NCBI GenBank assembly: GCA_977016875.1
Contig: CDRNST010000196.1
Span: forward strand, 2,046,001-2,110,000
DNA length: 64,000 nucleotides
Direction of reading: 5' to 3'
From: Pavona decussata
Taxonomy: Eukaryota
Below the pieces are notes generated by a model. That model had not been told where the DNA came from, ran no database searches, and was given only the letters and a program-made list of their open reading frames with translations. A program made the position numbers and the translations under genes. Shown piece by piece: positions 48,121 through 64,000 of this stretch (the stretch's first letter is position 1; the number at the start of each line of letters is the position of its first letter).

Positions 48121-49963
48121 TTAATTTGTAGATCGATATTTCAAACACTCTTCAACAAAACTTAAAAGACAGTTCCTACACCAAAGAAACAGTAAAGGTT
48201 TCTAAGGATTATTTCCTATTTGCTAGCAGAGATGTAAAAGATATCATTCACATTCAAAAAAATAAACTAATTAATGTCATTCTGCTAGTTAAAGATGGGG
48301 AGAACTCTTAAAAAGGACACTTCAATAACTTTGTTTCTCCAAAACATCTACGTTTTTTATTTTGAAATGAGATGAAGATTTCTATTGCATAATAGTTCAA
48401 TAGAAATCTAAAGGGAATAACCTAATTGTTTTTTTAAATCTTGAATGTTACCCACTGAAATGAAAGGTTTAATTCATTGTATTGTTATTTTACAAGTCGA
48501 GTGCTTTTCAAATTCTCACTACCAAGACAGCATGGTCATTTGGATCCAGCATCTGTGAATGCTGGTACATTTATTTTACAATAATACTGATTAGCTGAAC
48601 TGTTTACTATATCTATTATCTTGCAGATAGCGATGAAGAGGTACTCAACTTTCAAAACAATAACAATGTGATGAAAAAAGTTCTCATTTCAGTGGTGTAT
48701 CAATCAATAACCTTTACCAATAATTATAAGATTATTCACTCAAGATTTCTAACCAGCAATGAATGATTCAGGCCGTAGGTTTATCAGCTATCATGCGATA
48801 GAAATCTTGCGCTCATGATATTCTTTATTAGATCTTTCAGTTAGTACGAGTGATGTGATTGGTCAATTTTGCGGGCCGTATTTCACTGTATGGCCAGCTA
48901 AATTCAACTGGTTTCCTTTCCTGTGCACCTAATTAACCTCAGAGATATGATGAACATCTTACTAACCTTGTTTTCTCGGTCCGTACTGTCAATTAGGGAT
49001 TGTTGTTTTTTCCTGTTGACTTATGGCCCAAGTGCGAAGCGCGCAGGCCATAAATCAATGGGAAAAAACTTGGTCCATAACTTACAGTACAGACCTCCAA
49101 CTCCATTAGTAAGAGGTATATTATCTAGAAGGGATAAAAAGAGCCTGACTCAGCCACATAGGGGAGAGAACATGCCACCTTTCCCCTCTTCACCCACAAG
49201 AGTAATTTCTCCTTTCTCTCCCCCACCCCCCCTCCCATCTTTTCATTCACTACACACAATTGAACAAATTAGTCACTGAGTCCTGCTAAATTTGTTGTCA
49301 GTTTCCGTCTTTCCCCTTGCCAATTGTCAGCCTATACAAACCTTGAGATTGCAGTTTAATAAAGTTAAAGACAGCTCGCAGTTGATTGTTTATAAGCATT
49401 TCAATATAATTATAACTGTAACTTTCTTCCAATTTAAATAGTTTATTAATTAACAATAACAGTAGTGTAAAACACCATCAGCTTATAATAATAAAGATAA
49501 TTTCAATCTACTGTAAGATTATTGTTATTACCAACAACAATGAATAGAATTTAATTGTAACTGGGTTTTTTTTTCATGAACATCTGTATAACAAAATAAC
49601 TGTAACAAATCTATGGATGACAAGTGTCTTCGCTGGGATTAGTTTTGAAATAGAAGAATTTCTTTCCACAATAATAACTATAACATTCATCCCCCTATGC
49701 AAACATGCAAAAATAATAGAGTTTGTGCAAGACATCAGTTTTCGTTATGTCCCAAGTCTGCAACCATTATGTTTTTGCACTTGATATAGCCATACCTAAA
49801 ATTTATCTTAATTTTTATTTCCAATCACAACACATCCCACATAAACACAGGTGTCACAAGTCTGATTCTTTTTCAATCCGAGTATCTCTTTTCCAGATTA
49901 TCCTGTAACTATTACCAGTATTAACCTATTTATACATCTTGGTTTTGTGCAAAACCCTGTTTT

Positions 49964-50226
49964 AGGCTCGTTTTCGTGCAGGGAGGAAGATCCTAGAAGA
50001 TGAAACAACTTTTCATTTGGTTTATAAGAAAAAGAAACTTTGTCAAACTTTAGAAGCTGAATGTCAGCAAAGGTAGTTTACATTGTGCTAGGATCTCCTT
50101 ATCTCTCAGCTTGGAGACAACCTTTTGTATGAAAACTGCATACAGAAAACAAATGGCGCTAGGATGCTCCGCCTTCTAGGATCTTCCTAGTGCTAGGATT
50201 TTCCTCCCTCCATGCAAACAGCCCCT
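49964..50226. mobile_element. Small TIR MITE near the SMC5 3' end
   Basis: gcagggaggaagatcctag is inverse to ctaggattttcctccctccatgc. Confidence 0.55.
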
Positions 50227-50287
50227 TAGTTAAACAAAATAAGTGCATGTTAATATAGTCATACAACAAGGCACCGTACATCTTGAT

Positions 50288-63303
<13,016 letters not shown>

Positions 63304-64000
63304 CTATTAATTTTATTGAGACAAATAATTATCACCAAACTTTCAAGATTGTCACACACAAAATTACTATTAACAAACAATTATACAGCTGTAATATCTA
63401 TATAGTACTATTAATAACTGCAACAAGGCAGCATAAGGTAGCTTGACAATGAGAGAATATTAACAAAATGTTACTATTTAAGTGCGTGTCCACGATAGGA
63501 CCAGGCAGGAGGTGATAATACTCAAATCACCGATTTGGCTCAAACTTGGCAGAAAGATTGAGTGCCATGAACATATTCATGTGTTAAAACATTAAGTCAA
63601 AATATTCCATTTTACCAGAGTTATGGGTAAAACCTGAAAAATGGCCATTTTGGCACAAATTTATGCATATTAATTAGTCAAACTCAATTGAGTGGTTAGA
63701 CAAATATAATTGTGATCTGGAAATAAAACCCACTGAATTGTCTTTTTTATTGACCACTCTTGTAGCACAGTTCGTAATTTCAATCGGTACCTTCGATTTC
63801 GTTATTTGCCTGAACCTGAAGTAAGAGGCTGTTTAAGTCATTTTCACGAGAACCTCAAATTCGGCTTTTTTGTACCCAAATATCTCTAATGGCCAACAAC
63901 CTAACGATGTAACTTAACCATAAGATTGAAGAGGCATATCATAACCTTCAAAATACGGAATAAAATTTTTGGGCAAATGAATAGTTTGTTTGTATGATGC

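Overview
Animal genomic DNA, AT-rich and intron-containing. The repeat families resemble those of stony corals, which is my recognition rather than a database result. The left two-thirds is a large inverted duplication: arm A is <=1..~14451 and arm B is ~25725..>=40319. Each arm carries a core-2/I-branching beta-1,6-GlcNAc-transferase (GT14, GCNT-like) catalytic exon at its outer end. The arms share a nest of DNA transposons: an AcademH-like element with a RecQ remnant, a foldback MITE, and a 6.4 kb element encoding a decayed P-like transposase with NHL-like repeats. Arm-specific insertions include a young BEL/Pao LTR element, a LINE fragment, a DINE-1/Helentron-like element and an IS3EU-like fragment. 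Only one type II signal-anchor exon is visible (23109-23369), in the spacer between the arms. It splices in frame across a 16.45 kb TE-filled intron to the arm-B catalytic exon, giving 449 aa. Inverting the spacer would point it at the arm-A exon instead. To the right is a two-coding-exon PAR/C-EBP-like bZIP gene (512 aa) with an ATF4-like uORF layout and a 30-aa tandem repeat. It converges on the 3' 14 coding exons of SMC5 on the minus strand.
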